From Octopus sinensis (Eukaryota): DNA of 64,000 bases. The stretch is from positions 8,680,001-8,744,000 of the forward strand of contig NC_043008.1 in NCBI RefSeq assembly GCF_006345805.1, written 5' to 3'. Under the pieces are notes generated by a model. The model worked only from the letters and a program-made list of their open reading frames with translations. It was not told where the DNA came from and did not search any database. Position numbers and translations under genes: made by a program. Positions 10,863 through 23,259 of the stretch are shown piece after piece; the stretch's first letter is position 1, and each line of letters begins with the position of its first letter.

Positions 10863-11669
10863 CTGGAGAGAGAGGGGAGAGAGAGACATAAATATACACA
10901 CACACATATGTTTGTATGAATAAATGGCTACATTTTCGCGCATGTGTATGCGCATGTGTTCACGTGCATCTTTATTCCCTTTTTATAAACAGCAATTTTT
11001 CTCTCAGTTTTCCAAAATGAATGCTAAAATAGGATAAGTTTACGAATATATAGTGTATTCGTGAAAAATTTAATCATGGAAAATTTTAGGTGGATAAGGA
11101 GAAAAAAAACGGAAAACAATAAATATAATAGGATACTTCCTAATAATGTATATATTTTGTATTCTTTGTGTTCGAAATGAAAATGTTATTTTTAAAAATG
11201 ATACACGTACAAAGAGAAAGAAAGAGGGGAGAAATAAGAGAAGGAAGATGAAGAAAAAAGAAAAGATGACTAAAGTGCCGGAAAAGAAATGGGAAAAAAT
11301 AGTATAAAAGTTAGCGATAAAAATATGAAAGTACCATTTTGTGAAGGTGAGAAAAATTCACAGAACAGCGATGGTGTAATGGAACGGTGTATGATTTAAA
11401 GTATCAATCCTAATAAAAATAATTGTTTCTAATTCGGGAATAAGACCGTCAGAATTGAAGGATCGGTATCTAATCGATAACTGTAACTTCAGTATTTGAC
11501 TAGTTTTTTGGGGTTCTTTTTTATCAACAATAGAGGCATAAAAGATAAAGACGACCTCGCTGAGTTTTGAAATCATAAGGTAATAAACTGGAAGCAATAT
11601 AACAGCATTTTTCTAAACACTCCAACGACTCCGCCAATCTACTACTCAAAATTAATAATAATAAAAAGA

Positions 11670-12346
<677 letters not shown>

Positions 12347-12352
12347 ATAATG

Positions 12353-12421
<69 letters not shown>

Positions 12422-12604
12422 GTCCTGATGCAGTGGCTCTCGTGACTTCTGATCTTATCGCCTAACAACCGCATTTCCATTTTAGTACCCCAGACATGGC
12501 ACCTGATGAGATTGTCTTCTATGAGTCCCAGGACGACCACAACCTTGCATGTAAATTTGGTAGTGGTAGAAGAAACATTTACAAGCTGATTCCTTTACTG
12601 CCAC

Positions 12605-12700
12605 AATATACCAATGTTTAAGGCGACTTTGCCTTTCATCCTTTCGGTGTCGTCAATAAATTAAGTACCAGTTGCGTTCTGGGGTCGATAATCAGAAATA
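12605..12700 (+). mobile_element. SINE family B fragment
   Basis: gactttgcctttcatcctttcgg.gtcg..aataaattaagtaccag central domain. Confidence 0.7.
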
Positions 12701-14339
12701 GTAGAGAATACTAGGACACAGAACTCACATCGCTAGGTAAAAGAAGAAAGAAATTGGTGTAAAAAATATAAAGAAAAGGAATATTTGGAGATGTTGATCT
12801 CCCACATTTACTACGTGTAGCTGTTCTGTTCGCTGGAGTAAATGTAGAATATGTATTAGAAAATGGTGAAGGGAGTATCAACTACCTCCGAATGGAAACT
12901 ATTTGAAGGGAAAGAGATTGGAAACGAGCCACAGAAAGGTATATAATGAGTAGACTGGGTGTATATAATGTCATTGTACAGCCTGCTTACTCAATTCCAA
13001 ATACAACGTGAAGATAGATAAATTTTCGTACTTAAGATAGGAAACAAAATTGCTTTACCTACAAATGGACTTCTATATTAACCACGGTAGCTAACATTAT
13101 AACCCATCAGGAAAGCATATCTCGCCGGTAAAGGTACATGTGTTGTTGAATAACGAAGGCTAGAAATAGTGGTTTGATGGTTAGGCGAACAATCCGAAAC
13201 CACCAGAATCACTAATACAACTGGCTTAAAAGTACAAAATAAATATGATACTAAAGCATGAAACTACAGACTAACAAATCATTTAAAATAATTAGTAAAC
13301 CCCCCTCTATGCACACACCCCATTACCACTACCATATCATTTTCCCTTTGAAAATAATTTAGCATTCACCATAGAACCCGAGTAAAAGACCAAAAGTTAA
13401 AAAAATCGGTTGTAAATTAGAAATTAAAGTATGCAACACTACACAGAACTGAAATATATAAAGTGATGACTAGAATCTGATATATTAGTTAAAAATACAT
13501 TAAATATTAAATTGGTAAATTAATGTGCATAGAATTTTGTAAGCATAGAAAGGAATAAAGGTTTTCTATTGATGTTTTCAACATAGCGGTAAACAGTGAA
13601 CATATTGTTGTATGGTGAAATAGATAAATATTATTTTTTTAAATAAGGTAATATTTAATAATTGCTTCATAAATGAGATGATAAATGGGGAGAGCAAAAA
13701 ATCTACCAATTAAAGTTTATAAATTAAGAGAGTTATTTATGCAAAAGTATGTCGAATATAATGTTGTTAATAAATTCAGAGCGAAGAGAAAATGGAAGAA
13801 TGCCTACAAAAAAAAACGTGGAGACGACTGAAAGATCAAAGAAATAACGAATAAGGAAATATATTTAAAAGATGCGATAAAACGTAGAGCTCAAGATGGA
13901 GGCGTAACCATAATGAGTTCTTGAGAATAAGAAGTTTAAATACCTAAATATTTAAATGTTCAGGTAAATAAGAAATTAAAGATATTAAAGAATTTGTAAC
14001 TTAAGAGAACTAAAAACTAAACGCAAGTACTAAAAATTATTCATTATGGGTTATTATAGCGATATCTGTCGTCTTTATTGTTGCTTATGAATTTAGTAAG
14101 TTCTAAGAATTTTATAAAGGTGTAAGGAATGTGTTTAAATAATTCCATAATATATTCTTAACTTTAGTTATTGTTTTATCAATTTGATTATTTGCGCCCT
14201 TTGCATTTTCATTGTGCTTATCAGTCTAACGCTAGGTTCGTTAAGATTGTGACGTTCTAGAGCAGATTAACCCTTTTGCTGTCATTATTAGTTAAATACC
14301 CAGATGTTATTGGCAAAGATATATAAAACGAACATTGAT

Positions 14340-14885
14340 GACCCAACAAAGCTAAAAATGAAATACAGGTGTAAATGTAATCAACTAGCCCATCCCCTAA
14401 AATTTCGGGCTTTGCTGCCCTTCTAGCAACAGTTTGAAACCATTATCATTATTATTATTATTAATATTAATGGCGGCCGTTACCACGCTGGTCGAAATGC
14501 TTAGATGTTTTTCGCCCGTCGCTATGTTCTGAGTTCAAATTCCGCCGAGGTCGAGTTTGCCTTTCATTTTTTGGGGGTCGATAAATTAAGTACCAGTGAA
14601 ACACAGGTGTCGATATAATCGACTAGTCCCCTCCCTTCAAATTTCAGACTTGCTACCTTTCTGGCAAAAATTGGAAACCATTATTATTAAATTTTGTGTT
14701 GGTAGAATTCCTAGCACACCGCCCCAGATACTTAGCAGTATTTCGTCCGTAATAACGTCCTGACTTCAAATTCCGCCGCAGCTAACATTGCTTGCCATCC
14801 TTTCTAGCCGATGAAATATGTACCAGATGATCATTGTGGTCGATGTAATCAACGTAACAAACTCCCCGAAAGTTTGAAATCTTTA
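14340..14885 (+). mobile_element. Cluster of three decayed SINE family B copies
   Basis: Best copy 14472-14690 (ggcggcc...gagttcaaattccgccgaggtcga.tttgcctttcat...aagtaccag). Flanking copies share the tail ending ttgaaa(cc)attatt. Confidence 0.7.
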
Positions 14886-16299
14886 TTATTGTCATCCATG
14901 TGAATAGAAACACTCCAGATTGGTGTCTGTAAAATTTGGGTTTTTTTGTATGTTTTTTTTTTAGTTTTTTGGAAATTTTCACTCGGCTTGTGATGTGTTT
15001 GGCTCACAAATTTTGTCAACTGTATAGAAGGAGCTCACTTCTGTTTGGCGAGTTTTTTACGTTTTTCATTTAACCCAAGCAGGAAGGAAATGTCTCGTCT
15101 TATATTTTGTATTGTAAAATTGTCGGTTCTTACTTGGTAAAAAGAAAAGCAAGAAAAAAAGCAGGAAAATCTATGAAGAAATAATAATAATATTCAGTAC
15201 TAAACAATGCAAAGTAGAGAAAATATAAGAAAAAGAAAAGGGGAGAAATGAAGTAATGTTTACGTAAGAACAAAAACTGTTTTACTCGAAACACAGCCAT
15301 GGTAACCATGGCAACAATAGATAACGTCAGTGTGGGAATATATCGGTGTCGTCTCTTTTGATTTTGAAAGAAAAATAAACAACGCCGACGATGGCGAAGA
15401 TGGCGACAACAACAAGAACAACGAGACCAAAGCGAAAACTTTGTTTTGCTGCTATAACCAGCTGTTAGGAGATTAGGCAGTCACTGGATTTTAATGAATG
15501 ATATTTTAGGATATATGTGTGTGTGGTATCACTTGCCTGGGAATGCATGAAACTTTCTTTCGCTGAAGTACCAAGGAAGAGAAGAAAACCTGGAAGGAAA
15601 CCTCTATCAGTCGAGTTCATTTTGAAGACCGTTCCACGGCCTTCCTTCAGCTGCGAAGGAGAGTCCGGTTTTGGTTTTTCTGGTTGTATCGGTGAAAGCT
15701 ATTGAGTGTTGGACAAGATTGAAAGCGCTGCAGGCAGACACCTCTTTGACCACACTGTCATAAACTTTTCAAGTTTCATTTACAAAAAGAAAAGTGAAAG
15801 TAGGGAATGAAGTGCTGCATCCGTGCAAATTCATTGAGACATGGTTGTGAGTAGCAAGCGTAATTCAAGTTAACTGGTCTGCTCTGAGTGTGCGCTTGTA
15901 GAATGAGGGTAAAAGACGGGAAGATAGCATACTTACTTTTTGAAGATTTCTGCGTCTAGCTCTCAGAGTTTCCCGCATTTTCAAGGAATTATTTCTTGCT
16001 TCATGTTTTTAGATTCTGTTTCTCTCATGTACTTTTTGGATAATTCCATTTTGTATTGTCCTGTAACGCCATTGCTCTTTGTGTGAATCCTTAGAAGTTA
16101 ATAAAGAAATCGTGAATATTATTACGTATGTTTAATTATTATGAATGTTTAAGAAACAATAAGAAAATTATGAGTTTGTTTTAAAATTTGAGATTACACA
16201 GGCAGCAAGTTACGTAGGATATGGGCTGTTCGCGTGGGCACTAATCTTTTGAATTTCTGCCATTTTGAGGTTTCCTGGTATCTCAGCTAGGTAGCAATC

Positions 16300-16320
16300 A
16301 GCCCTTATTATTATTAGAAT

Positions 16321-16382
<62 letters not shown>

Positions 16383-16400
16383 CTACTACTACTACTATGC
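16300..16400. repeat. (AGT)n/(AGC)n microsatellite
   Basis: Direct reading. Confidence 0.9.
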
Positions 16401-16419
16401 GGTGTAGTGTCAGAATAGT

Positions 16420-16570
16420 TAGCACGCCATGTAAAATACGTTGCAGCCTCTTGTCTGTCTTTACTTTGTGAGTTCAAATTGCGGCAAGGTCGACTTTGAC
16501 CTTCATCCGTGTGGGGTCTACAAAATGATTACCAGTTAAGCACTGGGATCGATTTTTTCGACTCAGCACT
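16420..16570 (+). mobile_element. Decayed SINE family B copy
   Basis: gttagcacgcc...gagttcaaatt..ggcaaggtcgactttgaccttcatcc...ttaccagtt. Confidence 0.65.
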
Positions 16571-16739
16571 TGAAACCGTTATCCAGGTATGGCTGAAGTT
16601 CGATGACTGAAATATATAAAGGATAAAAGGTACGTGTGTGCGAATGGATGTGCGAGAGTGTATATGTATGGGTGAGTCAGTGTGTATTTTGCGCGTCTGT
16701 GTGTGTCTGTGCGCCTGCGCATCGTGAATATATTTTTAT

Positions 16740-17048
16740 TCTTTTACTTCTTTCAGTCAGTTGACTGCGGCCATGCTTAGTTACGGGGACGTAAACACAC
16801 CAGCATCGGTTGTCAAGCGATGGGGAGGGGCAAACATGGACTCACAAACACACACACACACATATATATACATATATATATATACGGCAGGCTTTTTTCA
16901 TGTTTCCATCTACCAAATCCACTCACAAGGACTTGGTCGGCCCGAGGCTATAGTAGAAGACATTCGCCCAAGGTACTACACAGTAGGACTGAACTCGGAA
17001 CCATGTGATTGTTTAGCAAGCTACTTACCACACAGGCACTCCTGCGCC
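16740..17048 (-). mobile_element. SINE family A with internal deletion
   Basis: Same head and tail as 10380-10795 but lacks about 80 bp of the 3' body. Confidence 0.85.
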
Positions 17049-17577
17049 TGTTTAGATATTCTTCCGTCATTTATTTGAGTTGTCATTTGTTATTTGAGTT
17101 TTGAGAAAACATAAATATAACAGTAAATTTAATTACATCGAATGTTGGCTTGGATATTACTTCATTAAAATATATTGCAATCAAGAATATAATTTATTAA
17201 AACGACAGGAAGCCATGGTCTTCTAAGCTTGGTAGTGCTAGCAATATCGTGATGTCTTGTTGAAATCGTGTTGTAGAGGAAGGAAATATGTAGTTTAGTT
17301 GCATTTGATCTCAGTGCATGAAGTTAATAACAGTTTTAATATTAGCACACGGACAGTTTCTTCGTGTAAAGGGAGAGGCGTAGTTAATTTAATCGGCTCC
17401 AAAGATTCAATAATACATGACGGTATCGATACTCAAAGAATTGAAATGCACATTTTATCTGGGTTGGTTTCGAAATCAGAAAGAAAAAAGCTGAAATACA
17501 GCATCATTGCCTCAATGATAACATTAATAATCCTTTCTACTACAGGCACAAGCCTTGATATTTTAAGGGTGCGAGTA

Positions 17578-17725
17578 GATTGATTACATCAATTCCCAGT
17601 GATAAACTGGTACTTATTTATTCAATCCCGAAACGATGAGAAGTAAAGCCAACCGCGACACAATTTGAACTCAGAACGTTAAATAATTTGCCCAACGTGC
17701 AAGCGATGAGGCCAGCTTGCAGCCT
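17578..17725 (-). mobile_element. Decayed SINE family B copy
   Basis: Reverse complement gives gctggc...gcacgttgggcaaa...gttctgagttcaaatt...aagtaccagtt...ctggg...gatgtaatc. Confidence 0.6.
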
Positions 17726-17757
17726 TGCCAAATACCCTTAATAATCTAAAATATTAA

Positions 17758-18125
17758 GGCGGGGAGCAGGCGGAATTGTTAGCACGTTGAGCAAAATGCT
17801 TCACTCAAATTCCGCCGAGGTCGACTTTGCCTTTCATCCTTTCGGGGTCGATTAAATAAGTAGCAGTTACGTACTGCGGTTGATATAATCGACTTAATCC
17901 GTTTGTCTATCCGTGTTTGTCCTTGCTGTGTTTAGCCCCTTGTGGGTAGTAAAGAAATAGGTATTTCGTCTACCGCTACGTTCTGAGTTCAAATTCCGCC
18001 GAGGTCGACTTTGCCTTTTATCCTTTCAGGGTCGATAAATTAATTACCACTTGCGTACTAGGGTCGATCTAATTGACTGGCCCCTCTCCCCAAAATGTTC
18101 GGGCCTTGTGCCTTGAGTACAAACG
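17758..18125 (+). mobile_element. SINE family B, head-to-tail dimer
   Basis: The body repeats after the junction gtagtaaagaaatag|gtatttcgtc (17960/17961). The second unit ends in a different tail. Confidence 0.85.
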
Positions 18126-19978
18126 AACTGTTTTGCTGAAGTAAAGGAAGATTTATTTTCTAAATGAACTGGAACAAACAAAATTCGTATTAGAGCAACA
18201 TTCTTATGAGAGTCAAAATAGCGAAGGACAAAACTACTAATTGTGGCATCTTATTACTGTCATTTTCATTGTTGTCTTTGCTGTTACAGTTGTTGCTGAT
18301 CCCTTCCTGGAAGGAAGAATCCGTTTACGGTGACCAGTTTTTCATCTCCCTCACGACATTACCATTTGAAATTATCCTGCACTTGCTGATTAATTTGTGC
18401 TATAATTGTTATCGGCTGAACTCCTCGTTTTCACTGTGCTACAATTAGCAGGCATTCCATAATGAATTTATCCAACAGTCGTCTGTCCTTCTCCTCATAT
18501 AGTCTACCCACGTCCGTTTACCCCTGTTTTTCAGTGGTGACAATATCGATAAATTTCGTCCGATCTTTTGCACATTCTCTTTGTCTTTCTGTATTAATGT
18601 GTTACGTCAAGCGTTAATCGTTGCTTTTTATTAGCAAGATGCTAGTTTCCTCTTTATTTCTGGACAATGGCAGTAACATTAACTCTACAAATCGCAAGGA
18701 AACGAATGCAAATCGTGCATATATGTATATACATGCGGGTGTATATGCGTGTGTGTCAATAATATGTATATGTATGTATCTACGTCTGTGTAAGTATGTC
18801 CACCTATATGAATACATATACATACATATATATATATATGTATGTATAAATATATATATGCCTATATACATACATATATATATATATATATGTGTGTATA
18901 AATACACACACACACACATACATATATATATGCATTTTATATATACATATATAATATAATATAATATAATATATATACTATAATATATATGCATATGTGT
19001 GAGTGTTTTAAGCGTGTGTACGCACAGAAATGTGTGTACGCACAGACATGTGTGTATATGAGCTTAATTTGGAAAAATGTATATTATTAATATTCATACT
19101 ATCGGAAGTAACGTTTCTTTCCATCCCTACGGAGCCCTTAAAATAATTACTAGTCAACTCATATAATGGATCTCAGTATAAGCTGGATTCTTTATGAATG
19201 TTTTATATTCAACAAAATTACGAAAATATGCTTATGATGGCGGTCATTATATCCGTATTGCCATTGACTCGGTCCTATTCATCATTACAATCGTCGTTAT
19301 CACCATCATAATGATTTCCATCTGTAATTATTTCTGTCATTACGTATATATTTACTGTTGGCTGTGTTTGCGCAGCCAAATGTAGTTGCGTGATACAAGG
19401 CCCCGTACCGTGTTTTTTTATGTTTATTCGCCTTACGAGCATTCTTCGTAATATGTATGTAATGCTTGGTAGTGCCAGTTCCTGCATTCTGCTCACGAAT
19501 ACAATCTTTTTCTTCCGTACATATTTATATGTCCTTTATGTCCTTAATCATTCCCAAGATACTTATTAATATTGCATTATGATAACGTCAACAACAGTGA
19601 AGCTGACAAGCTTTTGCGTACGGTACACGCAAAGAGAAGACAAATAATTAACAAAAGAGAAAACTTGGAGAGAAACGGGTAAAGAATGTTACAATTCCTA
19701 TAGAAGCTGCAAGAATTTAAGAAGAATGTAATCCCCGATTCATCTACATGAATGAAGCTATTCACACATACTCTGCCTCCTTCGTTCCTCTTTAGAAAGT
19801 AGCAATATTACGAATGAAAAAAAAATTAAGCTGGAATAGAAGTATATAAATAATACAGGATGGTAATGGAGTATGTGCTAGCCACCCACAGAATATCTTT
19901 CGCGTCCCTCTTACATTTCGTCAAAAATCTAACTCCCTCCCCCATCTCTCTCTCTCTCTCTCACTCTCTCTCTCCCTG

Positions 19979-20020
<42 letters not shown>

Positions 20021-20147
20021 ATATACAGGAAAAACAAACAAAAGAAAACAATAATGGACAATTAATAAATTCAATTCAATTTAATATTTTATAACTATTT
20101 AAATTCCTCGGATATTTAATATCCTTTAGTGTATTTACACCTAGCTA

Positions 20148-20178
<31 letters not shown>

Positions 20179-20179
20179 C

Positions 20180-20229
<50 letters not shown>

Positions 20230-20249
20230 ATATATATACATATAATATC

Positions 20250-20282
<33 letters not shown>

Positions 20283-20549
20283 GATATATATATATATATG
20301 TTATATAATATAGAATATACATATATATATATATATATAATATATATATATTATATATATATTACATATATATATACATCATATGTGCGTGTTAGGGGGG
20401 CGTGTGTGTGTGTGTGTGTCTGTGTGTGAGTGTATATTGGAATGCGTCATTTTAGAAAATAAAAATAAGAAAAACGTGGAAATTTTACCGGTGAGTGTGT
20501 TAAATTATAAGGCACAAAAAAATGACCCTCCCCAGACACAACAGCTTTC

Positions 20550-21240
20550 CTATGTATTCATCAGGTATGTGCAAATTTATTCCACCAATATCTATTGCAT
20601 TATAAATTATTTGAGGTTAACAACGTGTTAACAATTAAAATTTTTCTCCCTTAACTCTTCTCAATTTCACGATTATATATATTTTACTCGCTGCAATATC
20701 CACACAGCCCTCTGTCTCCATCCTTAGTTTGAAACATAGATAGACAGTTATTAACACCGATGATGCGCAAAGCGTATCGATACGACATCATTTGATTGCG
20801 AAGCGAATGCCTTAACCAGGCAGCTACACATGGAGTTAGAGAGTCAATGTTCATATGCAAGCACCGACATCCCTTTTGGAATTTGAGTTTGTCATCTTTA
20901 TTAAAACTCGTTAATTTCATCCTAGGAGTTGTTGAAAATCAATCATGTTTCAGCCATTTAGAAATAGAATGATAAGCTATTACTTAATTGACAAAGTGTT
21001 TTCATTTCGGCAGTCTTGTCTCCTGTAATTCCATTGATAATCAACTCGCCCCTACCGCAATTGTCACAAATTTGGTATTGCTAATGTCGAGTATTATAAA
21101 CAGTTGTCATTTTTCTCATTGAAAATAATGTCACACTAATTGGTTTCATTTGGTACTTTGTCAAAATGCTAAACGTCCGTACTAACCTCCTCCACCTCCT
21201 CAACCCATTCACGCTCCATCATTTTCATCATCTCCTTTTC

Positions 21241-21288
<48 letters not shown>

Positions 21289-22329
21289 GTTATTGTTGTT
21301 GTTGTTATTACTACTAGTAGTAGAAGTTGTTGTTGTTGTTGTTGTTGTAGCAGCTGCCAGCAGAAGACGAAGAAGAAGAAGAAGAAAAGAAGAAAAAGAA
21401 GAAGACGAAGAAGACGAAGACGAGAAAAGAAGAAGAAGAAGAAGAAGACGAAACGACGAATAAGAAGAAGTAAGAAGAAGTAGACTAAAACCTAGAAGAA
21501 GAACGACGAAACGAAAATAGAAGAAGAAGAAGAAGAAGAAGACGANNNNNNNNNNNNNNNNNNNNNNNNNNNNNNNNNNNNNNNNNNNNNNNNNNNNNNN
21601 NNNNNNNNNNNNNNNNNNNNNNNNNNNNNNNNNNNNNNNNNNNNNCTATGTATTCATCAGGTATGTGCAAATTTATTCCACCAATCTATTGCATTATAAT
21701 TATTTGAGTTAACAACGTGTTACAATTAAAATTTTTTCTCCTTAACTCTTCTCAATTTCACGATTATATATATTTTACTCGCTGCAAATATACACACAGC
21801 ATCTGTCTCCATCCTTAGTTTGAAACATAGATAGACAGTTATTAACACGATGATGCGCAAAGCGATCGAATACGACATCATTTGATTGCGAAGCGAATGC
21901 CTTAACCAGGCAGCTACACATGGGAGTTAGAGAGTCAATGTTACATATGCAAGCACCGACACCTTTTGGAATTTGAGTTTGTCAATCTTTATTAAAAATC
22001 TGTTAATTTCATCCTAGGAGTTGTTGAAAATCAATCATGTTCAACCATTTAGAAATAGAATGATAAGCTAATTACTTAATTGACAAAGTGTTTTCATTTC
22101 GGCAGCATTGTCTCTGTAATTCCATTGATAATCAACTCGCCCCTACCGCAATTGTCACAAATTTGGTATTGCTATGTCGATTATTAATAAACAGTTGTCA
22201 TTTTTCTCATTGAAAATAATGTCACACTAATTGTTTCATTTGGTACTTTGTCAAAATGCTAAACGTCCGTACTACCTCCTCCACCGCCATCACCCATTCA
22301 CTCCACATCATTTTCATCATCTCCTTTTC

Positions 22330-22368
<39 letters not shown>

Positions 22369-22640
22369 TATTATTATTATTATTATTATTGTTATTGTTG
22401 TTGTTGTTATTACTACTAGTAGTAGAAGTTGTTGTTGTTGTTGTTGTAGCAGCAGCAGCAGAATCCGAAGAAGAGAAGAAGAAGAAGAAGACGAAAAAAG
22501 AAGAAGACTAAGAAGACGAAGACGAAGAAGAAGAAGAAAAGAGAAGAAACGAAGACGAAGAAGGAAGAAGAAGAAGAAAAGAAGACGAACACGAAGAAGA
22601 AGAAGACGAAAACGAAAAGAAGAAGAAGAAGAAGAAGAAG
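20550..22640 (+). repeat. ~1 kb duplication on both sides of a 100-N assembly gap (21546-21645)
   Basis: 20550-21545 recurs from 21646. The second copy differs mainly by single-base indels. Confidence 0.9.
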
Positions 22641-23200
22641 AGACGAAGACGAAGACGTAGAATAAGAAGAACGATACGACGACGAAGAGAAGAAAAGAAG
22701 AAGAAGACGAAACCGAAGAAGAAGAAGGAAAGACAAAACGAAGAAAAGAAGAGAGAAGACGAAGACGTAGAATGAGAAGAAGAAGAAGAAGAAGAAGAAG
22801 AAGAAGAAGACGAAAATGAAGAAAGAAGAAAAAGAAGAAGACGAAGACGAGAAGAAGAAGAAGAAGAAGAAGATGAAGAAGAAGAAGACGAGGACGAAGA
22901 AGAAGAAGAAAAAAGAAGAAGAAGAAGACGAAAACGAAGAAGAAGAAAAAGAAGAAAACGAAGACGAAGAAGAAGAAGAAGAAGAAGAAGAAGACGAAGA
23001 AGAAGAAAAAGAAGAAGAAGAAGAAGACGAAAACGAAGAAGAAGAAAAAGAAGACGAAGACGAAGAAGAAGAAGAAGAAGAATAAGTAAGAAGAACGAGA
23101 CTAAGACGAAGAAAAGAAGAAGAAGAATGAAGAAGAGAAGAAGAATAGACGAAGAAGAAGAAGAAGAAGAAGAAGAAGAAGAAGAAGAAAATAGAGATAA
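22465..23200. repeat. Long imperfect (GAA/GAC)n purine-rich tract
   Basis: Direct reading. It accounts for the poly-S/F/E/K ORFs. Confidence 0.95.
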
Positions 23201-23259
23201 GAAGAAAATAGCAATGTGTAGAAGCATTTACTTTCCCTGCTTTACCGAGCGCAGCAGTG

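Noticed and set aside
12786-12910. Peptide GIFGDVDLPHLLRVAVLFAGVNVEYVLENG
   Set aside because: Short, flanked by stops, and neither family nor splice signals were recognised.
19300-19530. ~75-codon stop-free minus-strand frame (ICTEEKDCIREQNAG...)
   Set aside because: No start, no clear splice sites and no recognisable homology.
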